Assembly: GCA_964016885.1 (NCBI GenBank) | Contig: OZ024740.1 | Coordinates: forward strand, 306,342,001-306,406,000 | Direction: 5' to 3' | DNA: 64,000 nt | From: Eledone cirrhosa | Lineage: Eukaryota | In this document: one piece after another, positions 11,861 to 25,535 of the stretch | Position numbering within the stretch: position 1 is the first letter of the stretch | Layout: the number at the start of each line of letters is the position of its first letter | Made by a program: the position numbers and the translations under genes | The notes under the pieces: generated by a model | What the model was told of the DNA's origin: nothing | The model's input: only the letters and a program-made list of their open reading frames with translations | Database searches by the model: none

Positions 11861-13544
11861 AGCTGATTTCAAACTTGATGCAGGCAGAAGCTTTAACTTC
11901 CAGTAAATGAATAGAAAACCCCTGCACACTACACTCCTGCATTTATATATATATTCTTATACACACACCTCACACACATGTATATCCTAACAGGTTACAC
12001 ACTATAGTTGTACCAATATAATAACTGTGCTGTGATCAGGTTTTCAAATTTACAGAAAGTGAAATGAATGCCCTGAATAATACATAATGCTTCTTTACTA
12101 GTAGTATATAATACTAACTACTTTCACTGTTGCACTTCTATATAACACTAAACACCTGCACTAAATCTGCAATGTACAATCAAGTAATCATGCCTGATAT
12201 TTGTCATAAAATGTCCAAATAAAAAAAAAAGACTGAGCTGTGGATCTGCTCATTAAAGAAAGGGGTTTATAAATGAATGTTTCTCTATTCTCTTTTTCTA
12301 TAGACACAGATAGATTGAGCCATCTCTTGTAACCATAGTCTCCTATAAGGTGGTAATAAATGCAACCTAGTAAGGTCTACATTTGCTAAGAAAGAAGGTG
12401 TCAAATAACGTTCAAATCATATGCTGGCTGATTGAGCTCCTACTGAATCAACAGAGCCGAATGGGTTTGTTTTTTATGAGGATCAATTCAGTTCAGCATA
12501 TAGGCAGTTGTTTGACTTAGAGGAAGTTTAGCTCAGTTAATTAACTGAGTTGTTGGCTGAATTATAGTATAGTTGGTGGAGCGCCTGAACTATCAACTGA
12601 GTTATTGAGCATTTAGTTAAGGTGATGACCAGCTAACTGACCAAATAGTGAGCCAATTGAGATCATGAAGAGTTTACAAGACTAAGTATCAGTTGTGGCA
12701 TTATGCAGTCAGTTGAGCTAAGATCAGTTTGATAGCTTTGCTGAAGTGTCAGCTGAGCGATTAGCCAATGAACTGATCTTTTGGGTCATTATCTGAAATA
12801 CAGAGAAATTAGCTAAACTGTTTTACTACTGTAACCATAATCTTGTCAGATTAATTTTTCAGAATCAACTGGTTCTCAGCCTTGGTTTGTTCAAGGAAAG
12901 ATCAAATCCTCAATAATTTGGACCTTTCTGTAAAATATGTATAATGATAAAATATTGTTTAGACTCTGTGCCATAAACTCTGAATTTGAATCTGTGTGTG
13001 AATGTCTGTGTTTTTGTGTGTGCATATATGTATGTTGGTGCAGTGGATGTTTAGTTAAGATGCTCAACTCATGGCTCCATGCATGTGATGAAGGTTTCAA
13101 AACCCTGCCAAGACATTTTACTAAGTTTCTTAAAATACCACCACCGTCCATCTCCATCTGTTTCTCTGATCAAATTGTCATATCTTGATCACAGGTTACA
13201 TACACTATATCACAGTCTAAACAACAGCTGTTGAATCTAGCTTGATGGTTGTATTCTTCAACTTTATTTTTTGGTGGGTGGGAGGGGAGGTTCTTTTGGA
13301 ATTTGGTTGTGACTGTTTTGATGTTGTTTTGTAGTTGTACCCCAAGTGAAAGGACACTCCCATAGATAACTGTTTATGATATATTTAAATTATTTGACTC
13401 CATCATTTTACATTCATGTTATTTTTCTTTTTGTTGTTGTTGTTGTTGTTTGTTTGTTTGTTTGTTTTGGAATGTTCTTCAGACAATAAATCATATACAG
13501 TTCTGAAATAATCAGTGTTGATGAAATTACTTATTGCATCCTTC

Positions 13545-14287
13545 CACAGCACTAATATCAAGAAGTCTTCCTGTGAACGTGACCTGGGCATTACGGTCAG
13601 CAGCGATTTGCGTTGGACGAGGCACGTCTCTAAAATTGTCAAGAGGGCCGAGGGTGTCTTGGCATCACTCAGCAAGACCTTTGTCAGCCGCTCTCCAGAT
13701 ATCTATTTAAGGCTGTACATGGCTATGGTGCGGCCACACTTAGAATTTGCATCACCAGTCTGGAACCCCTATCTTGCTCAGAACATTGACCGCCTGGAAA
13801 CTGTTCAGAGACGTGCAACCAAGCGAATACCCTCCATCAGGCATCTACCATACTCTGAGCGCCTTGTTTCCCTGGGCATGGATACATTGAAGCTCTGACG
13901 CCTGGCAACTGACTTTGTAAACACCAACAAAATTGTTAACCATCTTGCCAACAACAACCCTGAGTACCTTTTCGATTTCCATGTGTCTAACACACGTGGA
14001 TATGCCCACAAAGTAAGAAAACAGCACAGTTCCCATGACTTTCTGAAACATTTTTTCACGCTCAGAGTTGCTGAAGCATGGAACAAACTACCTGCATCAG
14101 TTGTTAACTGTCGAGACACTGCATCCTTTAAGGTCTCCATGCTTCCCGAGATCCGCCAACACTACAGCTAACACATACACACATGTACTTCCCTGACATT
14201 TGTGTATTATTCTATGTACTATACATACACCTTTGACGAGTTGTAGTGCACCTGAGCACTTTACACAATAATTTCATTATTATTATT
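13545..14287 (+). mobile_element. CR1-clade LINE, 5'-truncated
   Basis: ERDLGI, LY.AMVRPHLEFASPVWNP, LETVQRRATK, FFTLRVAEAWNKLP. Premature TGA at 13896-13898; terminal hairpin plus (ATT)n. Confidence 0.95.
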
Positions 14288-15084
14288 TTTTATCCATGTG
14301 TCATTGGCTTCATGTTACTATTTTTTATCCATCATTATATCACTTCCCTTCCACCCACGTTACATCTATCCATTTTATATCAATGTATCACTATGTATTC
14401 TTACCTTGTTAACTTCTGCTTCTATGAATTAAGATTAAAGTTGTCCTCATCCAAGTAGCCCCTCTCATGCAACCACCTTTCCTCCTTCCATCCCTCATAC
14501 CTCATTTTCAAAACCCTATACCAAACACTTTTCCTTCAAACCTTTCTCTCCAGAGTTGTAACCCTGCATCTCTTCTTTTTCTTCACCCACTTATTCCTAA
14601 GAGGGTCATGGGGGGCAGAGTCCTCAAATACTCCTTCCTGTGGGTCCTGTCAGAAGCAACCGTCTCCAACTGATCTGACTGGATCCCCAAGTGAGACCAG
14701 CCAAGCTCATGGATGCAACCCTGTGGAATATACTCCCTGTCAATGTTTTCCTCTACCCACATTTAAAATAAACATCAACTTACTTGGGACTCACCAATAA
14801 AGCTTAAAATATTATTTACAAAAAAACATGCCATAGTAATATCACAACCTGAAGCTAACCGTTGTGTGGCCTGCTAGAAATAGCAGCTAATTCATCATTG
14901 CCTTCGTTTTATGTTTGCTTTCCATACTAGCATGCATTGGCCGGGTTGTCACGTTTTGAGGCTAGATTGGTAATTTGACCACATCTTGCTTATATTCTCC
15001 ATATCTGGCATGATTTCTATGATTGGATGCCCTTTCTAACACCAACCACCTTACAGGGGGTCTAAGTCTAAATCTAGTCTAAAA

Positions 15085-15250
15085 TTTCTCTCGAGCTAGG
15101 AGACTCATCAGGCCGGTGCTTATCCTGGTTTTGTGGCCTGAAGCGACTGAGAGTACAAGACTTTCCCCTGGGCAGGACGCCAGTCCATCACAGGATTAAA
15201 CCCCCAGCTATTGCTGGTATTCATTTTCAGCTGAATATACTTGAGCAAAC
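15085..15250 (-). mobile_element. SINE fragment (family D)
   Basis: Matches part of the longer copy at 42110-42395. Confidence 0.7.
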
Positions 15251-15251
15251 A

Positions 15252-15690
15252 TGAAGTCAGTCATACTGTATGGGACTGAGACTAGAAGACATGTGAAAAA
15301 CACCTTAACAAAGCTACAGACCAACACCAACTCTGCCTCATGAGGAGACTCAGAATTAACTGGCTTAAGTAGATCAGCAGAAAAGATTTGTGGTAGCAAA
15401 TCCAGCAGAACTTTGTTGACATGGAGAACAAGTGGCAAACATGGTACTGGATTAGACACATCCTCAGAAGGCCCTTGCACTATATCTTCCGGCAGTCTCT
15501 TTGGTAGAACTCCCAAGAAGAGAGGAAGTTTAAGGAACTTCTGGTTATATGACAGCAGAGAATAAACTGAGATCTGGAAGGAACTCAAGACAATTGGAGA
15601 AGAAAGCTAAGGATAGTGATGGGTGGAGGAAGATTGTTAGTGGCCTCCATTGATCCAGCTAAAGCCAAAGGTCTGAATAAGGGAGTAAGA
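15252..15690 (+). mobile_element. Decayed RTE-clade LINE 3' fragment
   Basis: KSVILYGTET...KLQT, W.WIRH.L-like and R.RG.-like C-terminal RTE motifs with frameshifts. Confidence 0.7.
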
Positions 15691-16561
15691 GTGATAAGGA
15701 AGTTTCTGAGCAAATTGGATCAAATAAATATCACAAGGTATTTATGTTCAACACTCTAGTTTATTGTTTTAGATGATGTGTATGTCTTTCACCAATGCAC
15801 ACACACACACAACACACGCACACACACACACATTTTCTGTCTCTCGTTCTCCTTTTGCAAGCAACATGTATTGGCCATTGCTCCCCATCCCACAGTGCCA
15901 TGTTTGCCATCTTCTGACACCCATCATTGCTTCTCTCTGCTTGGCTGAGGAGACACCAATTGCCCTAGTGTTGGTGCCATGATTAAATGAACCCATCCCA
16001 TTCTGTAAAGGAGTAGTGTTGACATCACAATAAAATACACCCAGCCTACCACCCTATGAAGTGGCAGTAGTGGTGCCACACTAAAAAGCACCCAGTAATG
16101 GTGCAAATCTGATTGCTTTAGGAAGGAAATCCAACCATAGAAACCATTCCAAAATGGAACATAAAAGCAAGATGTGATCATGTGACTTGACTAGTCTCAG
16201 TATGAGACAACCTGTTTAACCCATGCCAGCATAGTACACAGATGTAAAATGGTGATGATGATGATATATATAAATATATATATCCTTCCCCACTACTAAT
16301 TTGATCGCATAGGTAGCAAAAGTTGTCAACAACTTCTAGGGAGCTCCCATGGCAGCTGAAGGAATTTATTTCATGTGTGCTCTAAAGACTGTGAGTGCTG
16401 GCACTATGCTGTGCTGAAGAAGACCTGACCTGCAGCATACAATGTGGCCTATCCTCCCCCTCCCCCACCATGTCCCTTCCCTTCCACTAACACTCACTAA
16501 CAGCTATTCTCAACATCACTACACTACCCTCCCCATGCACACCCCATGACCCCCTCTGAGC

Positions 16562-17615
16562 AGCAGCCGAGGAGATATGCAACGTCAAGTTTGATGACAT
16601 TGGATGGCAACAGGCCACTTTACCTGTCAGGTATGGCGGCCTTGGCCTCCGGTCCCCGATCTCGCTGGCTTTGGTGGCGTATCTTTCGTCGGTAACCTCG
16701 TGCCATGTCCTTGTCAGCAGGTTTCTTCAAAACACAATAGAACGTGAGGCCGCCTGTGAGACGTGGGACCGGCTGCGACTTAGCCCAGTAGACGTCCCTC
16801 CTCCTTCTCCCCCTGTTGACGTCAAGTCCCCCCCAAAGCACTTGGGAAGCCATCCAGTGCAGCCTGGCCTCAGACAGGCTCTCATGCGCCAGCTCGACCA
16901 GCACCACCTTGCCTGCTTTCGTTTGGCCTCCAAACCCCACAGTGGTGCCTGGCTCCATGCCCTGCCCTCCTTCTCCACTGGCACGCAGCTAGACAACAAA
17001 GCCTGCACATCGGCGTTTCCGGATCTGCGAGCCACACCAATGTCGCTGCGGATCCACCAAGGACTCTTTCGGCCTCCACCCGCTTTCCTGTCGCCACAGT
17101 GCCAGCCACCTTCCACGCCATGCTGCCCTCAACGAGGTTATAAAACATGGCTTGGACGCTGCGGGCTTCCCTTCCCAGCTCGAGCCGGTGGGGCTGGACT
17201 GAGGGGATGGCAAAAGGCCAGATGGCATGACCATCTTCCTGTTCTGCGGTGGCAAACCCTTGTCTGGGATGCTACTTGCACTGACACTTTCTGCAACTGC
17301 AACCTGGTGCAGTCTGCAACTAACCCAGGTTCTGCTGCACGTTGGGCTGAGGGGGCCAAACTCCTCAAATACCGGTCGCTCTCCAACAGGTTTGCAGTTG
17401 TACTCCTTGCAGTGGAGACTTCTGGTGTCCTCGGCCCCAGGGCTACCTCCCTACTCACCACCATAGGCGCTGAGCTGGCCAGCCGCAGGTGTGAATCCTG
17501 CGAGTTGGAGTGGCTTTTCCAGCGCGTCTCCCTTGCCGCCCTCCGCGGGAACGCCTTCTCCATCCTGTCCGCCGGGGCTGTGGGGACGCCCCATTGCGTA
17601 ACATTCCATATTTAG
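16562..17615 (+). mobile_element. CRE-like non-LTR retrotransposon fragment (RT thumb, Zn knuckle, restriction-like endonuclease), disrupted
   Basis: WQQATLPVRYGGLGLR; SGAWLHALP; CRCG...HPLSC (from 17041); RHAALNEVI; EPVGL..DGKRPDG; WDATCTDT; AEGAKLLKY; AVETSGVLG. Two frameshifts and one stop. GC-rich island. Confidence 0.85.
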
Positions 17616-19245
17616 GTATCCAGATTAACTATCACCACTACTCATGACTGATTTATTGTCCCACATATACCTTATGATGACAATAGATAAAATTGTCCTA
17701 AATGTTGCTAAAAAGGAAGACAAATCCACAGACGAAATACTTTTATTCCATGCAAGCGTGGAAGATGGACGTTAAACGATGATGATGATGATTCCTTGTT
17801 GCTGCCCCCTTGTGAAGTGGTTGGTGAAGAGAAAGGCATCCAGCCATGAAGGCTTGTCAAACAAAGGGTTGGGAGGACGTTTTAGTCATGTTAAGTACAT
17901 GACAGCCTCTCTAGTGTTTAGTGATCTACACAATAAATGCCCCCAGTACATGCTGTAAAGTTGTTGGTGAGAGGAAAGGCATCCAGCCATAGAAAGCTTG
18001 CTAAATAAAGGATTGAGAGAACCCTCAGCTGTGTTAAAGACATAACAACCTCTCCTGTGTACTCAATAGATCGTAAACCTACAAAAGCGTAATGCAGAAA
18101 CCTGGCCTGTCTGAGAGATGAGTAGCCCTGCTTCAGTACAGACTGTAGACCCATCCAACTTTGCTAGCAGGAAAGCAGACATTAAAATGACAACGATAAT
18201 TATGATGATGATGATATATAAAATTCTCATTTATATCATGTCAACTCCCACCAGATTTATTTATTATCTATGACCTGTCCAGTCTTGTCCTATGACACTA
18301 CTGGGAGATCTCAGGTATGTCTTGTCTGCATCATTATTTTAAAACGTGCACATACACACACACACACACACCACACACACATATATATATATATAGATAT
18401 ATTTATATATACATATACACACATACACACACATGTATATACTCAAATGCGCACTTATAATATGTATTATCATCATCGTCATCATCATGATTTAACATCC
18501 GTTCTTCCATGCTGGTATTGGTAGGATGAGTCATTTCATATCAAATCAGTACTTAATTGAAGCTACAAGGAGAATAGTAGGAGGGTTGGTTATGAAGGAT
18601 CAAATATGATGTCATGGATGTATGACAAGTGTGGTGGGATTTAACAGGGTAATGTGAGAGAGAACTAGCAGTGAGGTACCCCCTAAGCACACACACATGA
18701 TTACATATACTATGTGTGTGTGTTCACATCCAGAAACCATGTTCAGACACTCGCAGCCAGAGCCAAAGCCAGATTTGATTTTGTATTGAATTTCAGAGGT
18801 GAAAGGTTGACAATATTTCTGAATAGCGTTTACATCAGTCATATTATCAGACCAGAGAATAGTACAAATACCATCATCATCAGCAGCAGCATTACCTGTA
18901 ACACCAACAACAATAACAACACTCACTACTATCATCAACACCATCACTAGCAGTACCAACAACAACATCACCACAGTCATAACCAGTAACACTAACACTT
19001 TCAACAACACCACACCTGCTACTAACGACAACAAAATTAATACGGGTGAACTACAAAGAAGCTTCTATATGGTATTACCTCCTGCCAGAAATAGGTGCCA
19101 AGTTTTCCTTAATTCCCAAACTACTCTTTTAAAAATGAGGGACACCACGTTGCATGGTATGGCCCTAGATACAATATGTCTGAAGAAAAAACATGATGGT
19201 AATTGCAAGAATGCCTTTGATCTTAAGTTTCTTCAACCATTGTTG

Positions 19246-20301
19246 ACTCTGGGCTAACAGCTACACCCTGGGCTAACAACTACACTCTGGGCTAACAACT
19301 ACACATGGGGCTAACAACTACACTCTGGGCTAACAACTACACATGGGGCTAACAACTACACTCTGGGCTAACAGCTACTTCCTGTGCTAACAACTACACA
19401 CAGGGCTAACAACTACACATTGGGCTAACAACTACACACTGGGCTAACAGCTACACCCTGGGATAACAACTATACACTGGGCTAACAACTACACTATGGG
19501 CTAACAACTACACTCTTGGCTAACAGCTACATCCTGGGCTAGCAACTACACACTGGGCTAACAGCTACACTCTGGACTAACAACTACACACAGGGCTAAC
19601 AACTACACACTGGGCTAACAACTACACACTGGACTAACAACTACACCCTGGGCTAACAACTACACACTGGGCTAACAACTACACCTTGGACTAACAACTA
19701 CACCCTGGGCTAACAACTACACACTGGGCTAACAACTACACCTTGGGCTAACAACTGCACACTGGGCTAACAGCTACACACTGGGCTAACAACTACACCC
19801 TGGGCTAACAACTACACACTGGGCTAACAACTACACCTTGGGCTAACAACTGCACACTGGGCTAACAGCTACACACTGGGCTAACAACTACACCCTGGGC
19901 TAACAACTACACTCTGGGCTAACAACTACACACTGGGCTAACAACTACACACTGGGCTAACAACTACACCTTGGGCTAACAACTACACACTGGGCTAACA
20001 ACTACACCCTGGGCTAACAACTACACACTGGGCTAACAACTACACCTTGGGCTAACAACTGCACACTGGGCTAACAGCTACACACTGGGCTAACAACTAC
20101 ACCCTGGGCTAACAACTACACACTGGGCTAACAACTACACACTGGGCTAACAACTACACTCTGGGCTAACAACTACACCCTGGGCTAACAACTACACTCT
20201 GGGCTAACAACTACACACTGGGCTAACAACTACACACTGGGCTAACAACTACACTCTGGGCTAACAACTACACCCTGGGCTAACAACTACACTCTGGGCT
20301 A
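19246..20301. repeat. 19-bp minisatellite, ~55 copies
   Basis: Unit aacaactacacactgggct with variants. Confidence 0.97.
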
Positions 20302-20701
20302 TGACAAAACTGTACAGTTTCGAGCATTCATTGTGTTCCCACACTTATTTGTTTTTCAACTCTGATCTGCATATTCGTATTTACAACATACAGTTTTTGT
20401 AAATTCATTGAGTAGTGGAGAATAGCAAAGATAGATGATATCTAATTGTCTGGCTCATTATAATTAAGGTCTTTATCATTATTAACATATGCATACACAA
20501 GAAAACATATATAAATATGTTGAAGATATTGCTCTAGTATGGCCTTGACTGTGATGGCTAAAACAAACTAAAGGGCTAAAGATGCACATGCACATAAAGA
20601 CATAGACATACATACATATATACACACATTTATAAACATTTATACACATAAAACATATTTACATATGCGCACAAATAAAAATTAATGTGTACACATATAA
20701 T

Positions 20702-20885
20702 TGTTTCTACTTTTGGCACAAGGCCAGCAATTACCCAGTGCATTACTGGTACTTTATTTTATCGACCCCGTAATGATGAAAGGCAAAGTTAACCTCGGCG
20801 AGATTTGAACTCAGAATGGCAAGGGCCATAACTCTATGAGTCAAAGCATGGCGTCCGACCCTCTACTGATACTGCCAATTCACCG
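20702..20885 (-). mobile_element. Full-length SINE family B with 16-bp TSD
   Basis: TGTGTACACATATAAT at 20686-20701 and 20886-20901. Confidence 0.93.
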
Positions 20886-21039
20886 TGTGTACACATATAA
20901 TGACATATACACACATGCATACATACACATATAGATATCCCTGCATGCTCATTTATAAAACATGTATTACATATGTATCATGAATTCATAGTCATGGCTG
21001 ATTTGTTGTTCCATATCAGATAATGTTATTATCTTGGAC

Positions 21040-21331
21040 CGCCGAGGTTGACTTTGCCTTTCATCCTTACGGGGTCGATAAAATAAAGTACCAGTAATGC
21101 ACTGGATAATTGCTGGCCTTGTACCTAAAGTAGAAACAATTATTATCTTGGATTGGCAGTATCGGTAGAGGGTCGGACACCATGCTTTGACGCATAGAGT
21201 TACGGCCCTTGCCATTCTGAGTTCAAATCCCACCGAGGTTAACTTTGCCTTTCATCCTTATGGGGTCGATAAAATAAAGTACCAGTAATGCACTGGGTAA
21301 TTGCTGGCCTTGTACCAAATAGTAGAAACAA
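21040..21331 (+). mobile_element. Truncated plus full SINE family B copies, head to tail
   Basis: Partial copy 21040-21139 flanked by TTATTATCTTGGA; full copy ~21150-21331 followed by TTATTATCT. Confidence 0.9.
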
Positions 21332-21997
21332 TTATTATCTGCAAGATGGGATATAAAAATCAAGCAATTATGTGCCACCCCTGTGAAACCAATTCATTTA
21401 TAAACAGATCTGAAATATGATAGCTGATCATTTATTATTGATCAGAGATGCAAGGAAATACAGTTTCAAATGACCAAGTGATAAGAGACAAGTTTGTTCC
21501 TTCCTCATATCTAGCAAAAGATTAATTTTTTCCTCCCAGGATTAGAAACTTCCTCAACTATGATCAGTTGTTCATCCTCTTCACTATTTTTATATCAAAC
21601 TCCCTGAAACAGCCTTGGTTCTTTGATATAAAGCTATTTTAAAGAAATCTAAAAACCTTCTATCATAATCTCATGTAAGAACTTGTTAAGATTTATTCCA
21701 AACACCAGCTTAATAAAGAGATTTTAATGAAGCCCTTCAAATTTGTGGTTATTTTCAAAATGATTTGAAATTCATGTACAGTGTCTTCCATTAGAAATAT
21801 GGTAATAAAAGGATTAAAGCACAAAATGCACAGTCTAGATAATATCCAAAAATAGGTAATCAAGCCTTCCCCAACATGTTACAGTAACTTGCCCACCTAT
21901 GTAGTCTATTATCCTTCTGTCCCTTGAATTGATACTATTGACACTATTATCCTCCCTAATCATCTGATATAACAAATTGTATATCAACCCACTGAAA

Positions 21998-22218
21998 CCT
22001 TTTAGCATTTAAACTGGCCATATCCGGCCAAAATTCTCTCACCTCTTTCTGTTCAAACCGGCTGTAACCAGCCACTCATACTAATATTAAGGTATGGTTC
22101 TCAAAATAAATAGCATTAAAATCTCATAGATTCAATATTATGTGAGATACTTATGCAAAGTAAAGCCTTTACCACAAAAATACAATAGTATATATAGAGT
22201 ATTGTAAGTGCAAAAGAG
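21998..22218 (+). mobile_element. piggyBac-type MITE (family P1), degenerate
   Basis: CCTTTTAGCATTTA left end, TTAA at 22219-22222, homologous to 30511-30730. Confidence 0.8.
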
Positions 22219-23028
22219 TTAAACTCATCTAATTCAGCCACCAGTTATGATGGTATCCTCAATAGAGTTGGAGTGGAGCTACTTGCATGGTGTGTATCAA
22301 TAATCTATCCAGGCGTGATTTGGCTAAAGTCAGACCAATCATAAGCTGCGTATGGATGTATATCAACTTCCGCCAGCTCAAAGATTTCCGCACTTCTTTG
22401 GTAAAAACTAGTCTCTTGCTGCTTTTGACTCTAAGAAGTCAACACACCATTATGTAACGGTGAGATTTCACTTAGGCCTGTCAGCCTCTTTCAGCCTGGC
22501 ACAGCGCCTTTCTTTACTTCTTATCTCTTGATTTTGTTTGCTCTTTTGTTTGTCATGTCAATCCCACACCACTTTGTAATTGGTTGTAAATAAAACTTGT
22601 AAAATATTATAAGGTCTTGTAATATTTTTACCACAACCATAGCCCTTAAATGTGATATGGAAAAATCCTTTCCAAAGTTCTTATCACTACAGCAACAGAT
22701 ATACTTCTTTCGTGGCTGCAAAACCTACAACTGAACTACTACAACTTCCTACATTCCTCTTTAATACAAACATACATTTATTTCAACAGACACAACCGGC
22801 TAACTTTGCCTCTCTCTCACTATACTGTTACAAATCTCGCTATAGCAATTAGCTGGACAACTCCTTGTGTGCTATCAACAAAACAACAATATTAACTAAA
22901 ATTCCTTTCGTATTAATATTGTGCCAACACGGCATAATATTATCTTTCTGCTAAAGAGTAATAGATGTTTCTGGAAGTAATAGCAAAGTTGATGGTTGAT
23001 GTACAGGAAGAAGGGTACAAAACCATAC

Positions 23029-23119
23029 TTTGGGCACATCAGAAATGGTAGTCTATGTGCCAGACAGAATGTGGTTTGTATGCATTTTAATGATGTGATC
23101 TTATAGAAAGACAAAGAAC
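23029..23119 (-). other. Candidate 91-nt minus-strand exon
   Basis: tctatttctcAG|G acceptor and AA|GTATGG donor. Confidence 0.3.
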
Positions 23120-24734
23120 CTGAGAAATAGATTTCATTCTCATTTCATATTTAAGTGTAGTTAATAGTGAAAAAAGACCCAGGCTGACTCCACCATCATC
23201 ATCACCATTATCACCACAATCATCACTACCACCACCACTTTCACAGTCATTATCAACACCACTTTCACCACCATCATCATCACTGTCATTGCCACCACCA
23301 TCATCACCAGCACTACCACCATCACCAGCACCACCACCACCATCACCAGTATCATCACAATCTCCTTTAAATCACATTCTACCATATTTTGATAGAAAGG
23401 TCACATTACATAATGTAGTCCTAATACCTGTGTAATAGTCATGGCTGGAATGTCTTTGATCAAAGGCCTGCTCAATCCTGGGACTAAACAACAACAGTGT
23501 TCACTATATATCTGAGTACACTGTATGGTCATCTACTAGATGCAAGCATGGTTTATCTGCAGCAATCGAGCTATAGATCACATCTAGTAGTTTGAACTAT
23601 CTGCTGGACATAGGCCAGCTTAATCAAGACTAATCTAAGGCTAATTATAACAACCACAACAGCTAAACCAATGATGTCACCATTGGTACTGAAACAATGT
23701 AGTGTAATCATTATAGTAAGATAAACTTGTATATTGTTTCATATAATCAATATTGTTTTTCTAAATATCTATGAGAAGCCCATTGTGTGTATAACTAATA
23801 ACCCTAGCTGGGATTCACACTCTAATACTTATGAAATATATCTATCTATTTAGGGTGGGTAACATTCCTGAGATCCATTGATGCCCTTCATCATCGCCGC
23901 TATATCCCACATCTCCCAGAGACCAGTGTCTGTTCTTAGGGCATCCTTGGTCTCCCTCTTCCAGTATGTCTATATAGGGGCTCCCACAAGACAACTGAGT
24001 GCAGTGTCAACTATGAATGTCAGTGAGCATGTTCAGCTAACCTCAGTCTCCTCTGATTCACCATTGAGCTGACTTTTAGGCGGCCCCTGTACAGCTCTGA
24101 GTTCTTCATCCTCAGTGTATACATATATATAAAATATACAATAATATAAAAACAAACAAAAATAGAAACCATGCCAAAAAAGGGGTCAGAGGACTCTTCA
24201 GTTATGACATGACAACGTCTCTAGTGCCAGTGTCATGAAACATGCACTCAGTATACCATATAAGGTGGTAGGTGATAGGAAGGGCATCCAGCCATAGAAA
24301 CCTTGCCAAACTAATTAAGGGTTGAGAGGACTCTTCAGTCATGTCAAAGACATGTGCTGGCACCACAAAATACACCCAGTACACTCTGCAGAGAGCAGGC
24401 TGTGGCAACTTCTCTGATGTTAGTGACACGATAAATGCATTCAATACACCATGCAAGGTAGTAGGTGATAGTAAGGGCATCCAGCTGTAGAAACTATGCT
24501 AAAAAGGGATCAAGAAGATTCTTCAGTTGTGTCAAAGACATGACAACATCTCTAGTTTTAGTGATCTATACGATGAATTCACTCTGTATCTTCTATAATG
24601 TTGTTGGTGATAGGAAGATTATCCAGCTGTAGAAAGCTTGCCAAACAAAGGGGTGGGATGATTCTTCAGCTGTGTCAAAGACATGACAACCTACCTAGTG
24701 GTGGTGCCACAACAAAATGCACTTGATAGTGTGT

Positions 24735-25535
24735 GGGAATATATGTAAGAGAGCTGCATGTCCCAACCTGTCTGAGCACTCAGTAAAGTACAGGAACATA
24801 TGTAAAAGAGCTGCAGGTCCCCGACTTATGACAGCACTAAGTACAAAAACATACGTAAGAGAGATGCAGGACCCCAGCTCCAGTTGAGTGCTCAGTAGAG
24901 GGTTGTAGGCCCCAACCCATCTGAGCACTCAGTACAGAAACATATGTAAGAGAGCTGCAAGCCTCAACCCATCTGAGCACTCAGTAGAGTACAGGAACAT
25001 ATGTAAGAAAGCTACAATCCCCCCTGACCCATCTGAGTGCTCAGTAGCATATAGGAAGATATATAAGATAGATGCAGGCCCCCCGACTCATCTGAGCACT
25101 CAGTAGAGTACATGAACATATGTATGTGAACTGCAGGCCCCCGACCCATCTGAGTGCTCAGTAGAGTACAGGAGCACATGTAAGAAATATGCAGGTCCTC
25201 GACCAATCTGAGCACTCAGTAGAGTACAGGAATATATGTAAGAGAGCTGCAGGCCCCTGACTCATCTAAGCACTCAGTAGAGTACAGGAACATATGTAAG
25301 GGAGCTGAAGGCCCCTGACTCATCTGAGCACTCAGTAGAGTACAGGAAGATATGTAAGGGAGCTGAAGGCCCCTGACTCATCTGAGCACTCAGTAGAGCA
25401 CAGGAAGATATGTAAGGGAGCTGAAGGCCCCTGACTCATCTGAGCACTCAGTAGAGTACAGGAACATATGTAAGGGAGCTGAAGGCCCCTGACTCATCTG
25501 AGCACTCGGGACATATGTAAGAGAGATGCAGGTAC
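24735..25535. repeat. ~58-bp minisatellite, ~13-14 copies, inside a degenerate SINE-derived region
   Basis: Unit ctcatctgagcactcagtagagtacaggaacatatgtaagggagctgaaggcccctga; RTE-type tail follows at ~25555-25600. Confidence 0.92.

Noticed and set aside
16671-17615. 314-aa ORF as an intact protein
   Set aside because: Its middle is out of frame with the Zn-knuckle/RLE motifs; compensating frameshifts in a dead retroelement.
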